This document shows positions 1-9,140 of a stretch of 64,000 nucleotides of DNA, piece by piece. The position numbers and the translations under genes were made by a program. The notes below the pieces were generated by a model. That model was not told the origin of the DNA. It saw nothing but the letters and a program-made list of their open reading frames with translations, and made no database searches. The stretch's first letter is position 1. Each line of letters begins with the position of its first letter. Origin of the DNA: a virus; IMG/VR virus record IMGVR_UViG_3300018080_000107, one strand, 5' to 3'.

Positions 1-261
1 AATGCCTTCCTTCTCAATTGCAGTCGCATGATGATCAATCCAATGAACGTCTCCAGTGATTGAAAGTAAAGTTTCCCAATCTCCTGGGTTCTGCAAACTG
101 AAATCAACAATAAAAACAGTCTCCCCCGCCTCAATCTGCTCAAAAGGAACCTTCTTATTATAGTTCATCTCGACAAACTTAATATTCTCGTTTGGGTACT
201 GTAGCCTAATAATAGCTCCAGCGGCCCTTCCGTCAATATCATTATGATGTAGGACTATCAT
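1..261 (-). CDS. DHH-family phosphoesterase, N-terminal part (runs off window)
   Basis: Hand-translated MIVLHHNDIDGRAAG...VFIVDFS...HWIDHH, giving HxDxDG, VD and DHH motifs; absent from ORF track. Confidence 0.85.
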   Translation of the reverse strand, partial: MIVLHHNDIDGRAAGAIIRLQYPNENIKFVEMNYNKKVPFEQIEAGETVFIVDFSLQNPGDWETLLSITGDVHWIDHHATAIEKEGI

Positions 262-847
262 TCTCTTCTCCGTCAATATCAAGAACCACACAACGCTTAT
301 CATCATTAAACTGTACTGGTACAATATCCACATGCTTAGCCTCTGTCATTCGACCGGCCAGATATCCAAGAGTGTCGCTTGTCCGCATAGTGACAATATT
401 ATACACCTCAGCAATCTTCTGTGCCACTGGTGAATCCTCCACCTTGCCTGCCGAAACAATGGCCTGAACCATTTCGGTAACTGGTGGGAAATTGTGACCA
501 GCCTTGAATGCCAACTTGCGCATTAATGGCTCATTGTAACTATCCACCATCACGACAAAAGTTCCATTCTCCTGATCATGACGAGCAACACGTCCGGTAC
601 ACTCAACCATAAACTTAATCATGATATCAGCAGCAGCAATTTCTGAAATCTTCTCAACGATATGTGTTGGTGTCTCATTTTCCCAACCTGCGACAAGAAA
701 CCACTCAAAAGTCTTCTCGCCCTTAAGAATATCATGCTTTGCACACTTGACAACCGTAGCCTTGTAAATACTATCTGCACGCCAAAAAGCTACCTGGATG
801 GTGTCTTCAATCATCTCTGGATTAATCTTATCCATAATCAACTCCAA
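242..847 (-). CDS. hypothetical protein
   Basis: 201-aa ORF overlapping both neighbours in operon. Confidence 0.7.
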   Translation of the reverse strand: MELIMDKINPEMIEDTIQVAFWRADSIYKATVVKCAKHDILKGEKTFEWFLVAGWENETPTHIVEKISEIAAADIMIKFMVECTGRVARHDQENGTFVVMVDSYNEPLMRKLAFKAGHNFPPVTEMVQAIVSAGKVEDSPVAQKIAEVYNIVTMRTSDTLGYLAGRMTEAKHVDIVPVQFNDDKRCVVLDIDGEENDSPTS

Positions 848-1188
848 TCTTCTTCAATTTGTTCAGCCTCAGTTTTAGGCTTATCTTCCATAACTTTACC
901 AACTCGCTGCGTGGGTGACAGTGGTGTAATCAATTGCGGGTATCTTTGCTCACGTACCGTAATATATTTAAATGCAGCATCGTAAACATTGTCACTTACA
1001 CTCGATTCACCATTGTAATACTGCCACGACCACAGAACACAGCATGAACGCAACCCTGCCACAGCTTCTATAACATCCTTTGGAACCTCAGACACATTAA
1101 ATATGTCTTCAGCCGCCTCCCTACCAGCATCACGAACATACTGAGGGATACTTTCGTCCTCAAGCCATAATGGTAAACTTACTCTCAT
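838..1188 (-). CDS. stand-alone NAD-dependent DNA ligase domain Ia-like protein
   Basis: YYNGESSVSDNVYD...YPQLITPLSPTQRVG matches LigA domain Ia; no KxDG adenylation domain follows. Confidence 0.75.
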   Translation of the reverse strand: MRVSLPLWLEDESIPQYVRDAGREAAEDIFNVSEVPKDVIEAVAGLRSCCVLWSWQYYNGESSVSDNVYDAAFKYITVREQRYPQLITPLSPTQRVGKVMEDKPKTEAEQIEEDWS

Positions 1189-1727
1189 TTTGGCGGCAAC
1201 TTTCCACCAGGAACTGGCTCACCAAAACTTTCAATCTTATAACGCCAACCACCACGTCCATTCCCATTACCGGGCCGACCCTTACCATTTCCTTGACCTT
1301 GACCACGACCTTTGCCGTTGCCTTGTCCACCTTTACCATTACCCTTGCCTTTGCCTCCACGCTTATAAGTAACAGGTATACCCTTGCCCATCTTAGGACG
1401 ACCTTGTTCAAGTCCCTCCTCTGCAGGCTTTACGTATGGTACTGTCACGATGCGTGTGGTATCCTTATCAAAAAGCCAAAGCGTAATCTTTTCTTTAGAT
1501 TGGATTCTAAAATATATTACTGTAATTTTCTCTGGCAATTTATTCCACTCTGTCTCTACCGGATAGCCGAGAACCGACACATAAGAAAAATATGCGCCAG
1601 ATCCACATAGTGCGATTAGAGGAACAAATAATGCCAAAGGCCATGACTTATTCTTTAGTGCTACCACAAACGCAGCTACGGCAGCAACACATAGCCCAAC
1701 TAAACTCAATACAAAAAGTTCAAACAT
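1185..1727 (-). CDS. membrane protein with G/K/N-rich tail, third gene of ExbB/ExbD-like module
   Basis: Two N-terminal TM segments, low-complexity GKGNG repeats, translationally coupled to 1727..2323. Confidence 0.7.
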   Translation of the reverse strand: MFELFVLSLVGLCVAAVAAFVVALKNKSWPLALFVPLIALCGSGAYFSYVSVLGYPVETEWNKLPEKITVIYFRIQSKEKITLWLFDKDTTRIVTVPYVKPAEEGLEQGRPKMGKGIPVTYKRGGKGKGNGKGGQGNGKGRGQGQGNGKGRPGNGNGRGGWRYKIESFGEPVPGGKLPPK

Positions 1728-2323
1728 TATTCCTTCCCCACAAAATATTCCGGCCTATTAGTTCTAACCTGATTAACAGTATAGCCCTTACCCCTCTTTT
1801 CAACGGTAAACTTAACAAAGTGTGTCTCACTACGAGGAACAGAAATGATTTGCTTACCAGCATAAAGCATATTCTTCTTCTTTACATCCTGAATAAGAAT
1901 CTCAACCTCAGTATCTGTTCCAGGCTCAACCTGCTGCGGATTGAAATAATGAACATTAACAATATATTCACCCTCCAAAATAGACCGAATTGTAATAATC
2001 TCTTCATTGTCCTTGATTACATATTCTGACCCATCAGGATTATGATACTTCCGCCAGTTTACAACGTCAACGTCCAAGTGCGCAGGGGGCTCATCCCGCT
2101 TATTATATCCAACATGACGACCATCCGGCAACTTTAACCACAGGTCCATATCATTGTTGGCCTTCCAGCGCATTGTGATAAGAATGTTGTTTGCATTCTT
2201 TGCCTGCTCATCGTCCTTCTTCTTTGTCACCATCCAAAACGCAAGAACAAATAGTACGACAAAAGATAAAAGCAAGTTGAACAGCAGGTCAATAATTACA
2301 TTTCTTCCTGCTTTTCCAAACAT
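1727..2323 (-). CDS. ExbD/MotB-like TM protein with YfaP/DUF2135-like domain
   Basis: N-terminal TM with Asp (IIDLLFNLLLSFVVLF); WxxxxDMDLW, LDVD, EEIITI and GEYIVNVHYF motifs. Confidence 0.65.
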   Translation of the reverse strand: MFGKAGRNVIIDLLFNLLLSFVVLFVLAFWMVTKKKDDEQAKNANNILITMRWKANNDMDLWLKLPDGRHVGYNKRDEPPAHLDVDVVNWRKYHNPDGSEYVIKDNEEIITIRSILEGEYIVNVHYFNPQQVEPGTDTEVEILIQDVKKKNMLYAGKQIISVPRSETHFVKFTVEKRGKGYTVNQVRTNRPEYFVGKE

Positions 2324-2791
2324 TTACTCACTCCACTTCTCTCGCACTACAGCGAGTTGAACAATAAGCATGATTGCACACACAAGCCCAACAAGCGTTG
2401 TAACAAGCGCAGTGCCAACTCCAGACGAAATAGAAACCAATGCCTCCTTAAGAGACTCATGATTTGAAACATCGACTTCTGTAAACGCACCAGTTATTGC
2501 CATAATCAATCCAATAATAGTGCCCAAAAGCCCAAGTGTTGTGCAAAGCTCTGTAGCTTTGTCTGTTACACCAAAATCTGCGTCCCTGCCGCGCTTAAAC
2601 ACCTTGTAATTAAGATGAATAGAAGTAGCAACAAAAATGCCCAAGATCACCCATGACAAATGAGTCTGATCACTTGCCGCAATAAACTTACCAAGTCCCG
2701 CAATAAGTGCTGACGCCAAAGCCACCATCATTACAGAAAACGCAACCCACCACCTAACAAGTGGTGAGGACATTCCTTTGCTATTATCCAT
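2324..2791 (-). CDS. MotA/TolQ/ExbB proton channel family protein
   Basis: LGLLGTIIGLIMA and ISSGVGTALVTTLVGLVCAI match the ExbB/TolQ TM2 and TM3 signatures. Confidence 0.85.
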   Translation of the reverse strand: MDNSKGMSSPLVRWWVAFSVMMVALASALIAGLGKFIAASDQTHLSWVILGIFVATSIHLNYKVFKRGRDADFGVTDKATELCTTLGLLGTIIGLIMAITGAFTEVDVSNHESLKEALVSISSGVGTALVTTLVGLVCAIMLIVQLAVVREKWSE

Positions 2792-3164
2792 CAGATTCTC
2801 CTATATCTTCTTCTTTCCATTTGCCGTTCTCATCACGACATTCTATTTTTAGATTTTTTGCCTGCATTGATTCGTCTACAATCTCATCTATTGTTTTTCC
2901 AGACAGAATCTCTTTTACAGCCCTTGCATGCCACACCTTAAATTTAGCACTGCCAACCAAGTTGCGTAACGCTTCTTTAATGTTAGATTTGCGCTCACGA
3001 TGTGATTGACCAGTCACTATAGCACCAGAGGCAGGGTGATGAAGGCGTACACAGTTTTGATGTCGATTCCTGTGTTGGCCCCCAGCACCGCTGCCACTGA
3101 AATACTCAATTCGCAGGTCTTTTTTTGTGATGCTAAAAAGCAGTCTGCGATTAGATTTTGCCAT
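2784..3164 (-). CDS. peptide chain release factor-like GGQ peptidyl-tRNA hydrolase domain protein
   Basis: GSGAGGQHRN...VRLHHPASG...QSHRER...N; catalytic domain only (126 aa). Confidence 0.85.
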   Translation of the reverse strand: MAKSNRRLLFSITKKDLRIEYFSGSGAGGQHRNRHQNCVRLHHPASGAIVTGQSHRERKSNIKEALRNLVGSAKFKVWHARAVKEILSGKTIDEIVDESMQAKNLKIECRDENGKWKEEDIGESDG

Positions 3165-3523
3165 TAGTCCTCTACTGACAGCTTCTCGCCTGCAAGAAGA
3201 AAACGACTACGCTTATTACCCTCTCGGTCCTCCCAAGAATTTTCCTTGAGTTCGCCTTCGACTGTAACGACAACGCTATCATTCTCCTGAATGCGCTCGC
3301 CATCCTCAACATCGGGCAGGAAGTTAGCAAGCTGGCGGTTAATAGCCTTTGCTCGATCACCCCAAAACTCTACACCAATGCCGAAGAAACTTCCACGACT
3401 TGTCTTTGTGCGAACATAAACATTCAACACATCCTTACCTGTCGCGGTACTGCGAAGCTGCTTGTTGCTAACTACGCCTGTCAACATAATACGATTACCA
3501 AACTGTTCTGTCTTATCAGCCAT
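3164..3523 (-). CDS. ssb: single-stranded DNA-binding protein (OB fold, no acidic tail)
   Basis: NRIMLTG...VEFWG...VTVEGELKENSWEDREGNKRS. Confidence 0.85.
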   Translation of the reverse strand: MADKTEQFGNRIMLTGVVSNKQLRSTATGKDVLNVYVRTKTSRGSFFGIGVEFWGDRAKAINRQLANFLPDVEDGERIQENDSVVVTVEGELKENSWEDREGNKRSRFLLAGEKLSVED

Positions 3524-3600
3524 TTGTTACCTCCAAAAAATACCTTGGCTGTCAAAATATTGAGCAAAAATACATTTTCCCGCTCTTACACCAAATAACC

Positions 3601-4845
3601 TTACTCACTTTTTACTGATGAGTCAAGCCCCATAAGCAAATTGCTACCCTGTGGCAGTATCGAGTTAGGTAGATTACCACTCCACTTCTTCGCCATTTCA
3701 AGACGCGCCTCGGCTTCCATCCTGTCAATTTCGAGCCGAATCTTTGCAGTCTGGGCCTCAAGAGCCTTATTGAACTCCTCGGCACACAGACGGTTATTCA
3801 CTTCGATAGAAAGCAGTCGTTCGTTTTCCTGCTTTTGAGCCATCTTAAGGTTTTCCTTACGCTCAATTTCCATCTCAGCTTCATAGTTCTTATCAATGGC
3901 ATCCTGAATACGCTTATTCTCATAACTAAGACCACCTGAATGTCCAAGCATTCTAATAGTCACGCCAAACTTCTTCCAATACTTACTTGATTCAGCAAAT
4001 GCGATGTCAAAAATAGCAGCCTTATCTGTCTTACAAGCAGCCAAATCACGAGCACCGAACTCACGAGCAAGAATCTTGGTAATAGATGCCCTAATGTCCT
4101 TGTCAATTACATCAGCAAGTGGTCTACCCTGCGGAAAATTGTAAAGATACGTAGCAGTGTTGGGCTCTTCGATTGCAGCAGTAATAGTACATCCAATACC
4201 AAACCCAATCGAATCCTTAGACTCTACATAAATTAGATCATCATTCTTAGAAGTTCCTGTTTCATGCTCTGCGGTCCACTCACGCGATACCGGCGAACGA
4301 TCTACAGTAATAACACGCACTGTCTCTACAATCTCTACATCATACCACATACGCCCAGTTGACTTATAACGACGTGGAATATTGATACGCTTTGCAGCGA
4401 CCTTACGCTCCTCAAGAAATGCAACCGAATCGAACTTTCCCTGGCTGGTCTTATTTGCACCCTCAAGAGGTACTACGAAACCAGTCTCACTTGGCCCGAT
4501 ATCCTTATACATTTCACCCATATAGGGCTTACATCCAACAACGCCAAAACATAGCGCCGCAAACAAAAACAACGACACAGACTTTCTCACTACATCCTCC
4601 TTAAATAACTTGCACAGTGGACCAATCCACAACAGAAATAAAAATACACAAAGTACAACTCCAACAACCTTTAAGATGGCAGTATCTACAATCGCAGTCC
4701 TGGCAACATTATAAGCGACATCATCATCTTTTAGTTGCTCGACCGCCAACTGCCCCTCAATGGTGCCACGAGACACATCATATGCCCCATAAAGAAAAAC
4801 ACCAACAATAACAACAAGTAAACTAAGTACAACTCTAAGCTTCAT
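3601..4845 (-). CDS. SPFH/band-7 domain membrane protein
   Basis: N-terminal TMs, SKDSIGFGIGCTITA motif, C-terminal coiled coil ending KWSGNLP. Confidence 0.75.
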   Translation of the reverse strand: MKLRVVLSLLVVIVGVFLYGAYDVSRGTIEGQLAVEQLKDDDVAYNVARTAIVDTAILKVVGVVLCVFLFLLWIGPLCKLFKEDVVRKSVSLFLFAALCFGVVGCKPYMGEMYKDIGPSETGFVVPLEGANKTSQGKFDSVAFLEERKVAAKRINIPRRYKSTGRMWYDVEIVETVRVITVDRSPVSREWTAEHETGTSKNDDLIYVESKDSIGFGIGCTITAAIEEPNTATYLYNFPQGRPLADVIDKDIRASITKILAREFGARDLAACKTDKAAIFDIAFAESSKYWKKFGVTIRMLGHSGGLSYENKRIQDAIDKNYEAEMEIERKENLKMAQKQENERLLSIEVNNRLCAEEFNKALEAQTAKIRLEIDRMEAEARLEMAKKWSGNLPNSILPQGSNLLMGLDSSVKSE

Positions 4846-4875
4846 AAAATAAACCTCCTAAATACCAAATAAAAA

Positions 4876-5301
4876 TTACTTGCGCAAACCCTTTGATGGG
4901 TCTATTGAAACAGCATTACTACCGTTGGGCAACTTAGTAACATTGATTCTAATATCCCCGCCTTCATTTAGTTCGTCAGAAATATCAATACCCGTGTCCA
5001 GCGCCCATTTTCGTGCCTTATGCATAAAGGCGTCATACATTCCCTTAAGCGCCGCATTCTGAGCCTTAAGATCACAAACTTCTGATTCCAGTAAATCTGC
5101 TCGCTCTGTCTGGTCAACAAACTTCTGCTGCCACTCCTGGCATTTGGTACGCAATGCATTCGTTTCTTTATTTCTATGCCCCAACCTTGTTGTCAATTCT
5201 GAAATGCGCATACGTAATTTAAACTTCGTCTGGATAAAAATAATACCAAGTATCGCAATAGTAATACATGAAAAAATACCCACAACTGAAACCGCTGTCA
5301 T
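4876..5301 (-). CDS. TM-anchored coiled-coil protein
   Basis: Start reassigned to MTAVS after GGAG RBS; downstream of class II promoter. Confidence 0.65.
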   Translation of the reverse strand: MTAVSVVGIFSCITIAILGIIFIQTKFKLRMRISELTTRLGHRNKETNALRTKCQEWQQKFVDQTERADLLESEVCDLKAQNAALKGMYDAFMHKARKWALDTGIDISDELNEGGDIRINVTKLPNGSNAVSIDPSKGLRK

Positions 5302-5413
5302 TTTAACTCCTCTGGGCCGCGCCCTCACTATTATGTATGTAGTTTGACCGAAGGTCTGTCGAGTCCTTTTTGTTGCGTTGGGGAGGGATACAATTTCACT
5401 CCCCTCAATATAA

Positions 5414-5439
5414 TAGACGATTAAATCACCCGAAATTAC
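5414..5439 (-). promoter_or_regulatory. class II promoter GTAAT-N15-CGTCTA
   Basis: One of 7 intergenic copies. Confidence 0.7.
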
Positions 5440-5450
5440 ATGAAAATTTA

Positions 5451-5708
5451 TCAATTTTCCTTCGGGTGGTTGCAGCGATAATGAACTATCGCAACATTCG
5501 TTAGGCGCACTACCTTATTTTTGCCTACTCCATGCACCCGTACAGACTTTGGCGTATGCTCTTGGAAAGATTCGCCACAAAAATGACACTTCTTAGTTAA
5601 TAGATACAATAGAATAAATGAAGACTGATTTATTTCAACAGAATAGCCTTTTTCTTTAAGCATTCGGCATAATTTCGCATATATTCGTCTCGCTGTACCC
5701 CTTGCCAC
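5451..5708 (-). CDS. degenerate HNH-like zinc-binding protein, paralog of 7004..7333
   Basis: KGYxVxI, CxxC and IVHxxCN shared with 7004..7333. Confidence 0.6.
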   Translation of the reverse strand: MARGTARRIYAKLCRMLKEKGYSVEINQSSFILLYLLTKKCHFCGESFQEHTPKSVRVHGVGKNKVVRLTNVAIVHYRCNHPKEN

Positions 5709-5722
5709 GATGCCCCCATATG

Positions 5723-5962
5723 CTATTGTCTGTTATAAGCCTCACAATCTGAACATTCTTCATCCTCACCAATGTCATGATGCCACTTTCCACACATCCT
5801 ACAAAACTCACCCTCTGGCTCTTCATAATAAACATTAAGCGCATCCAATAAGCTGCCAATATGACAGCCAACAAAACTATGCCCTTCGTGAATGCAGTCA
5901 CCATCTACAAAAACCTGAATCCAATCATCTCCTCGTAGAATCTTGACCTCATGATGCTCCAT
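5723..5962 (-). CDS. hypothetical protein
   Basis: Coupled ORF with two CxxC pairs. Confidence 0.6.
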   Translation of the reverse strand: MEHHEVKILRGDDWIQVFVDGDCIHEGHSFVGCHIGSLLDALNVYYEEPEGEFCRMCGKWHHDIGEDEECSDCEAYNRQ

Positions 5963-6581
5963 ACTGGCACTCCCTCCTAAACAAAGCGTATAGTTGATGG
6001 CTCATATCTTTATACTGCGGATATGACAAAAATACTGTAGGCATAGCATTTCTAATGTTTTTCTTCTTATATGGCGCATGTCCTGGCTTATTCCAAGCTC
6101 TCAACCATCGAACCACAATATAATGATACATATAAGCGTTGGCTTTTTGTATATAACTATCTATATCTATTGGAAGATGAAATTTGTGTATAAGTGCAAC
6201 TGTTCTTTTTTCACAATCCAACTCAACCTCAATTGTCCGTCTAATCGCATCATCTATAAAAGAAGGCTCTAACTCTCTCCCATTCAACCACTCATCTATA
6301 AGAACAGAAGAATCCTCTCCGTCCATGTCACAATTTGTCCACGCATAACATTGAGACTTCCACTGAAGCATATGACAAAACTCATGTGCAAGAACTTCAA
6401 TCCACTCTTCTTCTGGGCAGCCTATCGCAACCGCCAATTCCAATGGACTCTCTTCAAAGTAGCCAGCTATCCCAATTCCATCATATAAAATATGCGGCTC
6501 ATCTACAAATTGAACATCAACCCCTTGGAGCCAACATCTCATTTCTACATATCGCTTAAATAACCTGGCAGACCACTTCAT
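5949..6581 (-). CDS. putative zincin metallopeptidase
   Basis: LAHEFCHMLQ (HExxH) plus distal ELDCE. Confidence 0.6.
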   Translation of the reverse strand: MKWSARLFKRYVEMRCWLQGVDVQFVDEPHILYDGIGIAGYFEESPLELAVAIGCPEEEWIEVLAHEFCHMLQWKSQCYAWTNCDMDGEDSSVLIDEWLNGRELEPSFIDDAIRRTIEVELDCEKRTVALIHKFHLPIDIDSYIQKANAYMYHYIVVRWLRAWNKPGHAPYKKKNIRNAMPTVFLSYPQYKDMSHQLYALFRRECQYGAS

Positions 6582-6958
6582 TAATCCCCCTCATCTGACC
6601 TCATCTCCTCCTGACAGTCGTTGCAAATCCCACGCTCCTCTTCATCTTCACAAAGTTCACAACCACATTCACCACATCGAGGCTCATAATAATCAAATGG
6701 ATTAAATCCACTAATAGTTCCAGTTCCAAGAACTCTTGTTAAAACTTCAATATCATTCGGGTCATCTGTTACAAGCTCGACATCTTTCTCTTCCAAAGTC
6801 CCATAAATTTCTGAATGTTTGCCAAGGACTTCGCCAAAATATATTTGATTGCCATACATTTCGAGCATTTGAGACTCAGTAGCAAAAAACATACCATCAA
6901 GACTACCCATGCGTCCACAATCCCAGAAAAACTTCCATAGACACAATTTATTACTCAT
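6581..6958 (-). CDS. hypothetical phage protein
   Basis: Coupled ORF, GAGG RBS. Confidence 0.7.
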   Translation of the reverse strand: MSNKLCLWKFFWDCGRMGSLDGMFFATESQMLEMYGNQIYFGEVLGKHSEIYGTLEEKDVELVTDDPNDIEVLTRVLGTGTISGFNPFDYYEPRCGECGCELCEDEEERGICNDCQEEMRSDEGD

Positions 6959-7003
6959 AATACCTCACTCTTTTCCTATACATCACTTTGACAGTGAAGT
7001 ATT

Positions 7004-7333
7004 CTAATAAGGCTCTGGCTCTTTATGCGAACCGGCATTAGTGTTGCCAAGCATATTACAAGAAAGATGCACAATAGTAATATCCTTAATCGTAATTACT
7101 TTACAATCTTCTTCAACATCTACCTTAATAGACTTGACATGACTACGCTCATCTGCTCCGGTTCCAAAACCTCCACCACAAACTCCACATCGAAGTGCCT
7201 TGAGATAAACAGGATAAAACTGTTTCGTTGTGATGTCTACCTCATAGCCCTTCTTCTGCCAACGATACTTGAACTTATAGAACACCTTTGAAGCATGTCC
7301 TTTGTCCGTGTGTGCCCATTCTCCATTAGGCAT
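7004..7333 (-). CDS. degenerate HNH-like zinc-binding protein, paralog of 5451..5708
   Basis: CGVC...IVHLSCN. Confidence 0.6.
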   Translation of the reverse strand: MPNGEWAHTDKGHASKVFYKFKYRWQKKGYEVDITTKQFYPVYLKALRCGVCGGGFGTGADERSHVKSIKVDVEEDCKVITIKDITIVHLSCNMLGNTNAGSHKEPEPY

Positions 7334-7335
7334 AA

Positions 7336-7761
7336 CTATTCCCCCTTTTTAAACTTTTCTACCCATTCTGGTAACACATACAGCGCACTGTTGTCAATAG
7401 TTCCCTCTTCCCACTTACTACTGTCATTACCAGGCGCATATAGATATTCCACGTTCCCATTTTGCAAAAACTCAAATTCGAGGACCGAACTTTCGCTATG
7501 TATCTCAAGCTGCACCCCTCCATCCACAAGAGGCACTATTTGCCATTCAACATCGAGCAATTGCGGAAATTCCTTTATTGCCTCGTTTATGTCCATTACG
7601 ATTGATGGATTAATAAATTCGGCACTATAACCATCCCAGCCTTTTTCAAGCTGTATTAATCGCTGCAGGGCTTTATTAATACGTATATAGCTTATAAGAC
7701 GGGCTCGGTTGCCTCGAATTCCGGCTCCCTCTCCCGCCGATACTCTATCGGGCCGTTTCAT
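7336..7761 (-). CDS. hypothetical protein
   Basis: LEKGWDGYSA...PLVDGGVQLE; start reassigned to MKRPD. Confidence 0.6.
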   Translation of the reverse strand: MKRPDRVSAGEGAGIRGNRARLISYIRINKALQRLIQLEKGWDGYSAEFINPSIVMDINEAIKEFPQLLDVEWQIVPLVDGGVQLEIHSESSVLEFEFLQNGNVEYLYAPGNDSSKWEEGTIDNSALYVLPEWVEKFKKGE

Positions 7762-7987
7762 TTTCCAAGAACTCCTTAATTGGTAAAAGAATGGAAGTCC
7801 ACAATTGTTTCTGTCCACCTTCAAACCCAAATTCCTCTATGTCCTTAGTCGCGGCGATAGAAAGATGCGTATCTGCGTGCTCTAATAGTTTGAGCGCCTT
7901 TTTATATTTCTCTTCTAATGCGTCATAACAATCCTGGCAGACATTATTCTCGTATCTCTCTTGTTCACATTCGCTGCAGCAGTTCAT
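7745..7987 (-). CDS. hypothetical protein
   Basis: Coupled ORF. Confidence 0.55.
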   Translation of the reverse strand: MNCCSECEQERYENNVCQDCYDALEEKYKKALKLLEHADTHLSIAATKDIEEFGFEGGQKQLWTSILLPIKEFLENETAR

Positions 7988-8283
7988 TACTCAGCCGCCA
8001 TCTTTTCCGCAACTTCCCACAGATAATTTTCATCGAGCACTTCAAAACCGAGGACCACACCGAGGCTATCAAGTTCCTCCTCGTCAAGAAAGAAATCGCC
8101 AACTTGCGAAAGGTCCGTCACCATACACTCCTCTGGCCGAAATCCCATAAGTGATAAAAGCGTATAAACCTGTTCCCCGTACTGGACCATCTTATCTTGC
8201 GCGGCAAACTCTATCTTACCTTCGCGTGCCAATCGGGCGATTAACTCACGGTCTTCCTGACTTGCTTCTTTACGCTCCATCAA
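7987..8283 (-). CDS. hypothetical protein
   Basis: Coupled ORF, GGAGG RBS. Confidence 0.65.
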   Translation of the reverse strand: MMERKEASQEDRELIARLAREGKIEFAAQDKMVQYGEQVYTLLSLMGFRPEECMVTDLSQVGDFFLDEEELDSLGVVLGFEVLDENYLWEVAEKMAAE

Positions 8284-8513
8284 AATCCTCCACTAATATG
8301 TTGCTGGAATAACATTCCGAACACCCATGCTAAAAAACCAAATATAAGGGCACCCACTCCACTGCCGATCATTTCTATCCACAGTATTACAGTTTCGACC
8401 CTATCTTCACCTTCACCGTCTTTAATCGCACGTGCCTTCTTTCCACACCCACAACCAAACATGAATGCAAAAAACAAGTATACGATAAACATCACTGCGT
8501 ATTCCATTGTCAC
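8280..8513 (-). CDS. small membrane protein
   Basis: Two hydrophobic segments; ATGA overlap. Confidence 0.6.
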   Translation of the reverse strand: MTMEYAVMFIVYLFFAFMFGCGCGKKARAIKDGEGEDRVETVILWIEMIGSGVGALIFGFLAWVFGMLFQQHISGGF

Positions 8514-8773
8514 CTCGGTATTATTTCAAATTCATCTAAACCACACAATTCCCCATCATCTGGATTCCCGTCTATTGGCCCACGAAATAATCCGGCAATT
8601 TTATTTTGATTTGCGATTAAAAATTCGTGCGTCCAAGTTTCATCGGGCTTCTGATGACCAAGCCATATACAATCACCGTCCTCTATCTCACATTCCGAAC
8701 CAGCCAGAAACCAAGTCCCATCTGATATAAACCTATATAGTGCATTAAAATCAAGCTTCATATTGCTCCGCAT
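8510..8773 (-). CDS. hypothetical protein
   Basis: Coupled ORF. Confidence 0.6.
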   Translation of the reverse strand: MRSNMKLDFNALYRFISDGTWFLAGSECEIEDGDCIWLGHQKPDETWTHEFLIANQNKIAGLFRGPIDGNPDDGELCGLDEFEIIPR

Positions 8774-8811
8774 ATCATGAAATATTATTAGCGCAATAAT
8801 CCCAGCCGCAA

Positions 8812-9015
8812 CTAAGCAGCCCCTTCATTATCAAGCTCATGTAAAAGTCTCTCGGCCATTTCTCCTATGCAGCCACATGGGTAAAAGTGTTTAAAGTGCT
8901 TCCATTTCTTTTTACACTCCGTGCAGGACTCATACCGCTTGGTACAGTCGCGCTCATTATGCAGCACCGTCAACAACCCGCCTATTATTTGTCGAATGCG
9001 TTTTGTATTCGCCAT
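8812..9015 (-). CDS. hypothetical protein
   Basis: AAGGAGG RBS. Confidence 0.6.
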   Translation of the reverse strand: MANTKRIRQIIGGLLTVLHNERDCTKRYESCTECKKKWKHFKHFYPCGCIGEMAERLLHELDNEGAA

Positions 9016-9034
9016 GTTCGCCTCCTTAATAAAT

Positions 9035-9140
9035 GGGCGACCCTGGTAGCCGGTGCGTCCACTACTGTCGCCCCGATCTCACGTTACAGTATCCTTACGG
9101 TCAAGCCGCCTCGAACGAACTACCAGGAATCTTACCGCCC
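9035..9140 (-). ncRNA. candidate structured ncRNA (three-way junction)
   Basis: GC-rich intergenic segment; stems GGGCG/CGCCC, CCTGGTAG/CTACCAGG, TACTGT/ACAGTA; TATAAT just upstream. Confidence 0.45.

Noticed and set aside
1185-2791. Complete Zorya defence system
   Set aside because: No long ZorA tail, no OmpA-like ZorB domain and no ZorC/D/E effectors; reported only as a stator-like module.
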